Assembly: GCF_009914755.1 (NCBI RefSeq)
Contig: NC_060930.1
DNA from: the human T2T-CHM13v2.0 reference genome, Homo sapiens
Length of the DNA stretch: 64,000 nt
Direction: 5' to 3' (one strand)
Shown: piece after piece, positions 1 through 21,785 of the stretch
How positions within the stretch are numbered: the stretch's first letter is position 1
Layout: each line of letters opens with the position of its first letter
Notes under the pieces: generated by a model
What the model saw: only the letters and a program-made list of their open reading frames with translations
What the model was told of the DNA's origin: nothing
The model's database searches: none
Made by a program: the position numbers and the translations under genes

Positions 1-399
1 AGACCAAAGAAATTCATTAATGAGCTAAAGAATGCAGTTTCTGAATAGAGAGCACTTTCCCTCAACAAATATTTAAGTGCCCACTGTAGGCTAGTAACTG
101 TTCTAGATACTAGGCTAGTAACTGTTCTAGATACTAGAGATACCGTTGGGAACAAAACAGGCAGAGTCCTGTCCTCGTGCAGCTTAAGGTCTAGTGGGGA
201 AGACGTGACATGCAAGTAGTCACAAGTGCTAGAGGTAGAAATCATGGGGCCAGGGTGCTGTTAGATCTTGTGTCCAGTAAGAACCTCTTTGAGGAGCCCT
301 TTGCACAAAGGCTTGAGTTAAGTGAGAGAGTGAGTTGTGATAAGGAAAACTTTAAGAGTGTTCCAAGCAGAGAAATAACAACATTCAAAGACAACGTGT

Positions 400-2940
400 T
401 TTGCTATTGCTGTGATATGATTCACAGCCAACCTTCAAGATCAGCTTTAGCCAATGAAGCTATTTTTTTACAGGAAATTTATGTTCTCAATTGAAAGAAC
501 ACAGAATATCACTTGCACATATTAAAAAGCATACATGCAATTTCTGGCACTGAAAAAAAAATCGAATAAGCAGCCAAACAATGGATTCAACAAAGAAATT
601 AAATGTCAATATAGAATATTAGCGTAAACTGGGTGTGGTGGCTCATGCCTTTAATCCCAATGCTTTAGGAGGTCAAGGCAGGAGGATCATGTGAGCAAAG
701 GAGGCGGAGGCTGCAGTAAACCATGATTGCACCACTGTACTCCAGCCTGGGTGACAGAGCAAGACCCTGGGGGTATTTTTTTCCTCGGGGGCGGGGGGGG
801 GGGGGGGGGCGGGAAATAGGAAGAGAAAGAAAAAAGACTATTAGTGTAATGTTATTGAAAGAATATTATGTAAATATTGTTAAAACAAATGTCAGAACTG
901 TGGGTATAATATATACAGAAAACAGTGGAATATATCTAGATTTAATAGAAAGGATTTCAAAATGCAGTGGTAGAATGGCCAAACATTTAAGGTAGATGAA
1001 AGATGGTCATCATAAAGCAAATGATCACTGTCTAGTGTGGAGAATTCAAAATGGGATTATTAGTTTAATGAGCACAAAAATGAAAGAAAATTTTCATAGA
1101 TATAATTTGAAAAAGTAATTGTTATTCATTTCAACTGGCCTGTACCAGGGATAAAAGTCATGTTGAAAATTCACATTGATTTCATGTACTTTTAAGCTAC
1201 TAGAGAAGAAAACAAGAATATCACAATTAATTAGTATTTCCTTGGTTCTGAATTATGTGAAGAATGAGAAAATAAATTTAGGGATCAATTTTTAAAGTTT
1301 TAAAGGGGAAGCCTAAGATAATGACACTAACGTTGCTGGTGAAGAAAAACGTGTAGAAACCAGAATCTTAGCTGAAAACCAGAAAACATTCTTTCCGCCA
1401 GGTACAATGCATACTTTGAATTTGTTACTAGGAGACATAAACTCTACTGTGAAGATAATAAATCTGGGGAATAATTTTAACAACTACGTACAATATTTTC
1501 TGGATCTGCTCAAAGATAGAACATCTTGATTAAAAGAATGTGACTTTTAAACCACTCTCAAACACATGACAGGAATTTTGACAAAATGTTGTTAAAGCAA
1601 TTAAACTTAATTTAGCCGAGATATGAGATGCACAAGGAGAGGTAAGCCAAACCACAGAAGATCCACAAAGAGTGAGTCATGGACATTGACAGGAAATGAA
1701 CTAATTTTGAATTTGTGATAGCCACAGCTATTGGTATGAACTGTTGCTTGCTATTAATAATATTAGAAAATTTATCTTAAAAAAGATATAACTTTAGTAG
1801 TTCCACTTTTTAATAAATTTAATTTTTTAATTTAAAGACAAATGTTAAATTTAAAAATATAAAATACGTTCCAAAAGTAACATTCCAGTAAACTACAAGG
1901 AAGTTCAAACATGGGGGAAATCTACGTGACTGTGAAATTGATGATTCGCATGTGAATAATTCTGAAATAAACTTCTATTTGTACTATTTTCTGGCCAATA
2001 TAGATCAAGTTGTCATTGATCAATGTACTGCTATTTTTAAATTTTCTTTACAATATATTGCTATTAAAATTTCTGAAGGAAAAATAACTTAATAAGTACT
2101 GTTTGAGAACCAGATACTGCCATAAGAGATGATGACTGTCACAACCAAAGTGCTAGCAATTCATATGGTGAAATTAAAAATATCATCTAACATTGTCTGT
2201 AATAATTTTTCATATGCTAACCCATAAAGATGTTTAACCTGATTCATAAAGTTCATGGTTCATTTTCAAATCTAATATTCTTTCAAATTAAAACTAGTAA
2301 AAACTATCAAAGAACTACAATGACTCAAGAAAAGTTGTGTAGTTTGACATTATTAATAGAAAATAAATTACGTTAAAATCTTCGTGATAACAACCTAATT
2401 AGCAATTTTGCTGAAATAAAGGCAAGAAAAATCCATTTTGTCATTTTTGGCTATACTGTTACTCATCCAAACATCATCAGGGTTCTTAAATGTGTGCAAT
2501 AACAATTAAACCCAGTTGTCTTTTATTTTTTGACAAATGTGAGTCCCACAAATATAGTTTCACACATTATTTTGTATTTATTGTTATGAAGTATATTTTT
2601 GAAGTAGGAAGTGGAACCTATTCTACTGAGCAGTTTCTTAGCTTGATTTTTAATTGTGAAATATTTAGACAAATGGTACATGGGTTGCCATTTGCCCTCT
2701 CATCCCAGTCCCCATATATGCTTTTACCCAACAGAGTAAGGAGACTCGGGCTTCAGATTCTTCCACCTCTGGAGCTGTTTTAGACTGAGGAATTTCATAA
2801 CTAATCTTCCCAGGTCTTTGTCTTCTTTTTGTCCTCCAGATGCTGCTTCTCAGATCATCTAATGCATGTCCTTTCCTGCATTGCCACCAACACTCCAACT
2901 TATCCCATGCCCTGGGGCTTTTAAGTCTCCACCAGCCCTG
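400..2940 (+). mobile_element. Degenerate hAT (Tip100/Zaphod-like) DNA transposon with transposase remnants; boundaries approximate
   Basis: 1317-1439 reads DNDTNVAGEEKRVETRILAENQKTFFPPGTMHTLNLLLGD (hAT DN..G...P.xxH.LNL motif); KPLSNT ~1550; dimerisation-domain remnant (K)LKLVKNYQRTTMTQEKL...NFAEIKARK ~2283-2430. Confidence 0.75.
627..770 (+). mobile_element. Old Alu monomer (FLAM/AluJ-like) followed by a G-run (786-813)
   Basis: GGGTGTGGTGGCTCATGCCT...CCAGCCTGGGTGACAGAGCAAGACCC. Confidence 0.8.
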
Positions 2941-4078
2941 GCTGCCTGAGAGGGGAAGGCAGTCAGATGGGACAGTAATACAAAGTGATGACTCCTAGAA
3001 GATGGAGAACCACATGTCTCCAAGATGAAGGGAAGCAGTAACTAGAGGAAGAGGAGGAAAAAGAGAGAAAAAGAGAATACTGGAATGATTTATATAACAA
3101 GGTACCAAAGGATTTAGGGAGAGTGGTAAGAATGATAGTAAGGAGACGAGAGAAGGGGTTAGCCATGAAGGAAATGATAGGCATTTCTTCTTCTGAGAAA
3201 AATATAAATAGACAGAGAGGCAGACAGATAGATAGAAGAAAGACAGATAAATGAATGAATAATTTTGAGATGTGGAAGATGAGATGGACTCAGAAATGCA
3301 CTAAGGGAAATCATTTGCTTAGAGTAATAGTGTGAGGATTCATACCTTCCACAAATACTTATTGAGAGCATACTGTGGGCTCTGTGTTGCGTAAGGTCTT
3401 AGGGTAATAGTGGTTGGCAAAAGGAGATAGGGCCTCCTTCCTATGGAGCTTAAAAGCAATTGGAAAGCATAGAAATTGATCAAATATTCAAACCACTGAA
3501 TATATTATTGTAACTTGAGTTCTGAGATAAGGTCAGGCTTCCATGAAAGGAAGATCAGTGTGGAAAGGTTGGAAAATGCAATTTCAAGTGCATCGTAAGA
3601 CAGAAACTCTAGAACTTAATAGGCAAGCAAAAGGAAAGCACAGGTAAGTGAAAGGATCAGCAATGTATCTGAAGGCAGCTCACATTCACTATGTGACTGG
3701 GAAGTAACCTGTAACATACTTTTATTCATGTATAAATAGTGGCTTAATTTTAAATCTTAGAAAATGAAAAATATAATACAAATGAAATATACAAAAATTA
3801 AAAAAACAAATGTTCTTCATCTGGGGAATGGATAAGCAAATTGTGGCACATCATTACAATAGAATACTACTCAACAATAAAAAGGAGCAAACGTTTAATT
3901 CACACAACAACTTAAATGAATCTCAAATATATATTGCTAATTTAAAGCAGCTACATCAAGAAAAGCTAGACATTGTATTCCATTTATACGGCATCCTAGA
4001 AAAAGCAAAACTACAATGACAGAGAATTGCCGAGGTGGTTGCCAAGGTCTGGGAATGAGAGATGGCAGGGGTTAACTA

Positions 4079-6771
<2,693 letters not shown>

Positions 6772-8874
6772 TACAAAGCAGAGTGAGGGTTTTTTGTTGT
6801 TGTTGTTGTTGTTTGTTTGTTTGTTTCTTTTGAGTGGTGAAATTGTTCTACATCTTGATTGTGGTAGGGGTTATACTTTTTTATGGCTTTGTCAAAATTA
6901 GCTATACACTGAAAAGAGTTAACTTTTCTGTATGCAAGCTATACCTTAATTTAAAAATTTTAATACCCCAAAAGAAAAGGGAAAGAAAGAAAATATTTTA
7001 AAATGTTGCAATACTGCAACATGGTAGGTAATTTTTCTCCAACTTCTTACATCTTCTATTTTTGACACTCTATTCGCTGCCTATATTTAGATAGGTCTTA
7101 ACTGCAAGTTGGAAATCAAGAGTAGGTATAAGTAATTGTTGTATTTTCAGACTCTCTTGACAAACCTGAATAGTTAGACTGAAAATGCAGATGCAGGTGA
7201 GGTCACTCTTACATGGTTCACTTATTTATTCCGCTATATTTAAATTCCGAAGTGCACTTAAATCTCAAATTTAACCCCAGACAAGAAAGGCATCTCATTT
7301 GAAGCCTGTCTTGTTTACATAGAAATGGAATGTGTTAAGCAAAATGTTTTGAAAGTCCTTGTTATGAGACTGAAGAACGTAAGTGAGCAGTTACTAGAAG
7401 TGGTAACCTAATCCTCTAACAATTGTAAAGGAGTTGAACTTTTACAATAATGGTTTTATGGGAAATGTTTCTCTGAATTGGTTGCAATCATAATCCACTG
7501 AAATAAATTGGTATGGGGACCCAATCTAACATCTGTGGGCTTCAACCATGCAATAGTTAAACAAGGAACACTTGCTCCTGAAGAAGATGCTGTGTCCCCT
7601 GAATTTCTGAGGACAATGTATTTGATGAGCTACTGTAAAGTAGATCTTCCTTTTCTATCAGCTGAGGATTGGAACACTTGAGGTATAATTGTCGTTCCCC
7701 TTTTCCTAAAAGCCCTGAAAATAAAACCCACCTAAAACCTAAAAACCTAAAACCTCACCCTCCTCAGCAAGAAAATCCAAAAAGTTTAACAAGCAGAATT
7801 TTTTTCTCAAATCGCTGGATACTTTCCGAGACTATTGATGAGTTAGAAAATGGTAAATTAATACCTCCCTTTTCCTCTGTATCTAACTATTATAAGCCTT
7901 CATATACAATCAGACCTCACTGTATAGATGTGAATTACTTCCATCATAAAGAAATGTGTAGGTGACAGAGGCTAGGAAAAGATGAATATACTTTCTCTGC
8001 TGCTATAATAAGCCCAAAATCTAATCTCTTAAAATGCCAATATTTAAATTTCCTATAAACAGGCAAATACAATGTCTTTAAAAATGACTTCAGGAATAGT
8101 TTCAGCTGCTTTGGTGTTGACCCCTGCAAGCAATAGTGCTAGAACATACATCATAAGCAACTTCTTTCAGAAAATAAAAAAGAGAAAACATTCCCAACTC
8201 TTAACATGAGGCTAGCATTGTCTAGGTAACAAAACAACCTAAGGATACTATAAGAAATGAAAATAACAGTACAGTTTCACTCATAAACATAGATGAAAAA
8301 ATCCTATAAAAGACATTGCCAACCAAATAAAAAAGGTATGGAAAAAAATGAGATATGACAATGATTGGTTAATATTAGAAAATCAATTAATGTAATTTAC
8401 TGCATTAACAGATTAAGTAGAAAATCCATTGGGCCATCTCAATTGATGCAGAAAAATTGTTTGATAAAACTCAACAGAGATTCATAATTAAAAATTAAAT
8501 TTTAGCAAACTAGTAACAGATGAAAACTTATTTTCCCTAATAAAGAACATCCACAAAAACTGAGAGAAAATTACATACTTAATGGTAAAATATTTGATAC
8601 ATTCAACTTAAGATTAGGAACAAGGCAAGAATGTTACCTAGGGGGAGGAGCCAAGATGGCCGAATAAGAACAGCTCCAGTCTACAGCTCCCAACGTGAGT
8701 GACGCAGAAGACGGTGATTTCTGCATTTCCAACTGAGGTACCGGGTTCATCTCACTAGGGAGTGCCAGACAGTGGGCGCAGGTCAGTGGGTGCGCACACC
8801 GTGTGCGAGCCAAAGCAGGGCGAGCCATTGCCTCACTTGGGAAGCGCAAGGGGTCAGGGAGTTCCCTTTCCGAG

Positions 8875-9090
8875 TCAAAAAAGGGGTGACGGACGGCACC
8901 TGGAAAATCGGGTCACTCCCACCCGAATACTGCGCTTTTCCGACGGGCTTAAAAAACGGCGCACCACGAGATTATATCCCACACCTGGCTTGGAGGGTCC
9001 TACGCCCACGGAGTCTCGCTGATTGCTAGCACAGCAGTCTGAGATCAATCTGCAAGGCGGCAGCGAGGCTGCGGGAGGGGAGCCCGCCAT
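8875..9090 (-). CDS. L1 antisense ORF0 (71 aa), intact
   Basis: MAGSPPAASLPPCRLISDCCASNQRDSVGVGPS... from ATG at 9090 in the antisense-promoter region of the L1 5'UTR. Confidence 0.75.
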   Translation of the reverse strand: MAGSPPAASLPPCRLISDCCASNQRDSVGVGPSKPGVGYNLVVRRFLSPSEKRSIRVGVTRFSRCRPSPLF

Positions 9091-9545
9091 TGCCCAGGCT
9101 TGATTAGGTAAACAAAGCAGCCAGGAAGCTCGAAATGGGCAGAGCCCACCACAGCTCAAGGAGGCCTGCCTGCCTCTGTAGGCTCCACCTCTGGGGGCAG
9201 GGCACAGACAAACAAAAAGACAGCAGTAACCGCTGCAGACTTAAATGTCCCTGTCTGACAGCTTTGAAGACAGCAGTGGTTCTCCCAGCACGCAGCTGGA
9301 GATCTGAGAACGGGCAGACTGCCTCCTCAAGTGGCTCCCTGACCCCTGACCCCTGAGCAGCCTAACTGGGAGGCACCCCCCAGCAGGAGCACACTGACAC
9401 CTCACACGGCAGGGTATTCCAACAGACCTGCAGCTGAGGGTCCTGTCTGTTAGAAGGAAAACTAACAAACAGAAGGGACATCCACACCAAAAACCCATCT
9501 GTACATCACCATCATCAAAGACCAAAAGTAGATAAAACCACAAAG

Positions 9546-10562
9546 ATGGGGAAAAAACAGAACAGAAAAACTGGAAACTCTAAAAAGCAGAGCGCCTCTC
9601 CTCCTCCAAAGGAACGCAGTTCCTCACCAGCAACGGAACAAAGCTGGATGGAGAATGACTTTGACGAGCTGAGAGAAGAAGGCTTCAGATGATCAAATTA
9701 CTCTGAGCTACGGGAGGATATTCAAACCAAAGGCAAAGAAGTTGAAAACTTTGAAAAAAAATTAGAAGAATGTATAACTACAGTAACCAATACAGAGAAG
9801 TGCTTAAAGGAGCTGATGGAGCTGAAAACCAAGGCTCGAGAACTACGTGAAGAATGCAGAAGCCTCAGGAGCCGATGCGATCAACTGGAAGAAAGAGTAT
9901 CAGCAATGGAAGATGAAAGGAATGAAATGAAGCAAGAAGGGAAGTTTAGAGAAAAAAGAATAAAAAGAAATGAGCAAAGCCTCCAAGAAATATGGGACTA
10001 TGTGAAAAGACCAAATCTACGTCTGATTGGGGTACCTGAAAGTGATGGGGAGAATGGAACCAAGTTGGAAAACACTCTGCAGGATATTATCCAGGAGAAC
10101 TTCCCCAATCTAGCAAGGCAGGCCAACGTTCAGATTCAGGAAATACAGAGAACACCACAAAGATACTCCTCGAGAAGAGCAACTCCAAGACACATAATTG
10201 TCAGATTCACCAAAGTTGAAATGAAGGAAAAAATGTTAAGGGCAGCCAGAGAGAAAGGTTGGCTTACCCTCAAAGGGAAGCCCATCAGACTAACAGCGGA
10301 TCTCTCGGCAGAAACCCTACAAGCCAGAAGAGAGTGGGGGCCAATATTCAACATTCTTAAAGAAAAGAATTTTCAACCCAGAATTTCATATCCAGCCAAA
10401 CTAAGCTTCATAAGCGAAGGAGAAATAAAATACTTTACAGACAAGCAAATGCTGAGAGATTTTATCACCACCAGGCCTGCCCTAAAAGAGCTCCTGAAGG
10501 AAGCGCTAAACATGGAAAGGAACAACCGGTACCAGCCACTGCAAAATCATGCCAAAATGTAA
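9546..10562 (+). pseudogene. L1 ORF1 (338 codons) with a single nonsense change R49* (CGA>TGA, 9690-9692)
   Basis: ATGGGGAAAAAACAG at 9546; 1017 nt with no frameshift; in frame with the 248-aa ORF ending QNHAKM. Confidence 0.93.
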
Positions 10563-10610
10563 AGACCGTCGAGACTAGGAAGAAACTGCATCAACTAACA
10601 AGCAAAATAA

Positions 10611-14453
<3,843 letters not shown>

Positions 14454-16240
14454 ACAATAAGATCACATGGACACAGGAAGGGGAATATCACACTCTGGAG
14501 ACTGTTATGGGGTGGGGGGAGGGGGTAGGGATAGCATTGGGAGATATACCTAATGCTAGATGACGAGTTAGTGGGTGCAGTGCACCAGCATGGCACATGT
14601 ATACATATGTAACTAACCTGCACAATGTGCACATGTACCCTAAAACTTAAAGTATAATAAAAAAAAGACAAAAAAAAAAAGAATGTTACCTATTACCATT
14701 TCTATTCAACATTGTATTAGAGTTACCAGACAGTAAAGACAAGAAAAAGAAACAAAAGGTTTAAGTATGGGAAGAAAGGAAGTTACAAAGAGATTGAAAG
14801 AAAGAAAATTGTCACCATTTACAGATATTATTGTTCACATGGAATATATAAAAACTATATGTAAATTATTGGCCTTTAAAAGCAAGTTTAACAAAATAGC
14901 AGATACAAAAAATAATGATATGCAATTATGTCTTTCTTTACCAGCAACAGTAAATTAAAACATATAATTTCAAAAAGATAGTATTAACAAGAACAACAAA
15001 ATATATAAAGTGCCTAGGAATACATCTTGAAAAACAATTTAAAAGACCTAAATGAATCAAGGGCTATTTCACATTCTTGCATTGAAAGACTCAACAGCAA
15101 AAATATGTCAGTTATTCCTAAAATGATATAGAGGATTTTTTGTAGAATGTAGCAAGATAATTAAAAATGTTTTATGATAATTCAATAATCCAAAAATAGC
15201 CAAGATACTCTAAGTATGAAGAACAAGGTTTGAAAACATATCCTACCACATATAAAGATCTATTATAAAGCTATACTAATTAAGACAGTATGGCATTGGT
15301 AAAGGAAGAAATAATCAAAGTAATCAGTAGAAGACAGAGTCAGGAAACAAACCCATGCATATATAAAAACTTGGTTTTTCTCAGACAGTAAATTGCTGGA
15401 AAAAGAGTAAGCTAGTCAATAAATGCTGGGGTGATAGATTATATAGAAAAATATGAATCTCTACCTCACACTCTAATAAAAACCACTAGAAATTAATTTC
15501 TGGTAAGTTAGAGAAATAAATGTAAAAGGGAAAATTTTAAATGTTTAAAAGACAACATGTAACAATATTTTGTTATGGTTTCAGGAAAGTGAAGAATTTA
15601 ATAAGCAAAGCATGACAACAAAACAACAAAGGAATAAATGGTAATTTTTCAACATTAAAATTAAGAGCTTCTGTTCATCAAAAGAAACCATGAAAGAGTG
15701 GAAAGGTGAGTCAAAAATAAGAGGAGATATTTACAGCACATATAACAAAAGATTAGTAACCAATATGTATGTAAAACTCCTATAAATCTACAAGAAAAAG
15801 ATAAGCAACCAATTAGAAAAAAATGCACAAAATAAATAACAGACATTTCACAGAAGCAGAAACATTAATGGCTTATTGTCATCAGGAATCAGGGAAATGA
15901 AAATGAAAATAAGATTTCAATATACATATCACATATTGGCCAATTTAAAAATTGACAAGGCAGTGTGCTCGAAAAAAATACTTGGAAATAGGAATTTCTT
16001 CATCCTTTATCAGTAGAAATATAAATGAGTACAATTAGAAAAACACTGTGGTATTACTCAGTAAAGTTAAACCTGCATAAACCCTGTGACTAGCAGTTTC
16101 ACTATCAGGTATATACTTTAGAGAACTTCTTGTACACATATGTACCAGGAGACATGTTCAAAGCTGCATTTTTTAATATCAAAAAGTTAAACAGCTCGAA
16201 TGACCTTAACTATAGAATGAATAAACTATAATAATGCTAT

Positions 16241-16605
16241 TGATATGGTTTGGCTCTGTGTCCCCACCCAAATCTCATCTTGTAGCTCCCATAATTCCCA
16301 CGTATTGTGGGAGGCCTGGTGGGAAATGACTGAATCAAGGGGGTGGGTCTTTCCCATGCTGTTCTCGTGACAATGAATAAGTCTCATGAGATCTGATGGT
16401 TTTAAAAACGGGAGTTTCCCAACATAAGCTTTCTCTTTGCCTGTGGCCATCCACATAAGATGTGACTTGCTCCTCCTTGCCTTCCACCATGATTGTGAGG
16501 CTTCCCAAGCCACATGGAACTCTGAGTTCTCCATTAAACCTCTTTCTTTTGTAAATTGCCCAGTCTCAGAGAAGTCTTTATCGGCAACATGAAAATGAAC
16601 CGGTA
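16241..16605 (+). mobile_element. THE1 (MaLR) solo LTR
   Basis: TGATATGGTTTGGCTCTGTGTCCCCACCCAAATCTCATCTTGTAGCTCCC...AAATTGCCCAGTCTC. Confidence 0.88.
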
Positions 16606-16860
16606 TTAGTATATAGTAAATTTTTGCAATAGATTATTAAACAGTAGTGAATAGAGCACAATTTATATATCAATATAGATGAATGTCAAAAACCCAAATT
16701 TGAGTGTAAGAAGCAGGTCACAGAACACCACATGCAGTATGAATCAATTTACATGTAATTAATAAAAGACAAAACTACACAATATGTTATTTAAGAATAT
16801 TTATCACAAATGATAAAACTAGGAAAAATATGTAAGGAGCTATTTATTTAAAAATTCAGC

Positions 16861-16964
16861 AGCGCACCAGCATGGCACATGTATACATATGTAACTAACC
16901 TGCACAATGTGCACATGTACCCTAAAACTTAAAGTATAATAAAAAAAAAAGAAAAGAAAAAAAA
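16861..16964 (+). mobile_element. Extremely 5'-truncated L1PA2-like insertion (about 80 bp plus A tail)
   Basis: Matches the young L1 3' end; 11-bp TSD AAAAATTCAGC (16850-16860 / 16965-16975). Confidence 0.9.
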
Positions 16965-16973
16965 AAAAATTCA

Positions 16974-17395
16974 GCTAGGCACAGTGGCTCACACCTGTAA
17001 TCTCAGCTGCTAAGGAGGCTGAAAAGGAGAGATTCCTTTAGCCCAGGGGTTTGAGACCAGCCTGGGCAACATAACAAGACCCTGCCCTCTAGGTAGTGAG
17101 TGAGTTCTGTCCTCACGATAGTGAGTGAGTTCTCAAGAGATCTAGCCATTTAAAAGTGTGTGGCACCTCCCCCATCTCTCTCTCTTATTCTTGCTTTCGC
17201 CATGAGATGTTCCTGCTGCCTCTTCACCTTCTGCCATGATTGTAACATTCCTGAAGCCTCCCTAGAAGCTGAGCAGGGGTCAGCGCCACGCTTCCTATGA
17301 AGCCTGCAGAACCGTGAGTCAATTAAACCTCTTTTCCTTATAAATTACCCAGTCTCGGGTATTTCTTTCTAGCAATACAAGAGCAGAGTAATACA
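16974..17395 (+). mobile_element. Old Alu left monomer (16974-17088) followed by a partial MST LTR (17091-17395)
   Basis: GCTAGGCACAGTGGCTCACACCTGTAATC; MST 3' end ATAAATTACCCAGTCTCGGGTATTTC...AATACA. Confidence 0.8.
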
Positions 17396-20120
<2,725 letters not shown>

Positions 20121-20122
20121 TG

Positions 20123-20477
20123 TGATATGGTTTGGCTCTGTGTCCCCACCCAAATCTCATCTCAAGTTGTAATCCCCAAGTGTCGACACACCTGGCGGGA
20201 GCTGACTGGAATATGGGGACAGTTTCTCCTTTGCTGTTCCCATGATAGTGAGTGAATTCTTATGAGAGCTGATGTTTTAAAAGTGTGTGGCAGTTCCGTC
20301 CCCAACTCCTGCCGCCATGTTAAGACGTGCCTGGCTTCCTCTTCGCCTTCTGCCATGATTGTATGTTTCCTGAGGCCTCCCCAGCCATGCAGAATTGTGA
20401 GTCAATTAAACCTTTTTTCTTTATAAATTACCCAGTCTCAGTAGTTCCTTGTAGCAGTGTGGAAATGGACTAATATA
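20123..20477 (+). mobile_element. MSTA-like MaLR solo LTR
   Basis: TGATATGGTTTGGCTCTGTGTCCCC...GGACTAATATA. Confidence 0.85.
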
Positions 20478-21292
20478 GGCTGAAATCTATTTAAGATTTT
20501 TTTCATCAATGTTTCCAACTGATCTGGTCAATAACCTCATTTTCTTATCATATCTTTGTCCAGTTTTGTTAGTAAGGCCATCTATTCTCTCAGACATTTT
20601 ATTTAAAAAAGGATTTGGTAACATTTCTCTGTGGAACAATATGTATATGTTGTAGTTTGAATGAAATAATATGATTTTTAAATGCCTCATTATTTTGTAT
20701 AAGATACTTCTAGTTGTCTACCCAATATCATTCTCCCTTCTTTCTTGTTGAGAGAACCCTGATTTGACATATACTTGTTTTGGGAGGTATCCTTACTTCC
20801 ATTATTATTACTAAATAATAATAATGTCTTTTAGTATATAAGCAATTACTCCCTTATCTTCCCTGCTAACACTTTTCCATTTGCACCTGCCCCTCCCATC
20901 ACCACATGCACATGTCTCAATCCACTACCTGTTCTTATGTGTGTATTTCAGAGCTCCTGCTCTGCTATGATAGCAGAGATAATGCAAATCCCAGTACAAA
21001 GTCAGAGGACCATCTAGCCCAGTTCTTGATCATGAGTCTATGGCTTTTTCCTCCTGCTTGTTCAGGGCAAAAGCTTTAATAAAGATATAGTCAGGGCAGC
21101 AAGTCAACAGCAATCATTTCACTCTCCTTGTAGGCATGAGAGCCCCAGAAAAGCCAAGCCTTTCAGTAAGTGAGCCCAGCTCAGGACTTTTAGTCTTATT
21201 CCCCTGTAGGAGCCCAAAGCCTTATGGCCATCTTCCAACCCAGAGCCCAGCAAGCCCATGGTACCAACTCTGCTTATCACTTTGTGTCTTTT

Positions 21293-21785
21293 GGTTATGG
21301 TTTGAATGTGTTCATGTATGTTGGAAACTTAATCCCCAAAGCAACAGTGTTGAGAGATATGGAACTCTCAAAGGTGATTAGGTCATGAGGGCTCTGCACC
21401 CCTCCCGCCATGTCATACCTCTCACATGACATGGTGGAAGGCATCTCATGGTGAGAAAACATGTGAGAGCTGAGCTCATCCTTCATAAGGACATTTCTTC
21501 CATAACAGATTAATGACATTAATCTATTCATGAGTGCAGAGCCCCCGTGAATAGATGAATGCCATTATCAAAGGAGTAATGTCCTTATGAAGGAGGAGTT
21601 CAGCTCTCACAAGTTTTCTCACCATGTGATGCCTCTTGCTATGTCATGACAAAACAGGAAGGCCCTCACCAGATGTGTCCCCTCAACCTTGGACTTCCCA
21701 GCCTCCAGAACCACGAGCAAAATAAATTTCTGTTCATTATAATTACTCAGTCTGTGTTACTCTGTTGTAGCAGCCTAAAATTGGC
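21293..21785 (+). mobile_element. MST(C/D)-like MaLR LTR carrying an internal inverted duplication
   Basis: TATGGTTTGAATGTG...GGAAACTTAATCCCC...CTTGGACTTCCCAGCCTCCAGAACC...AATAAATTTCTGTTC. Confidence 0.75.
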
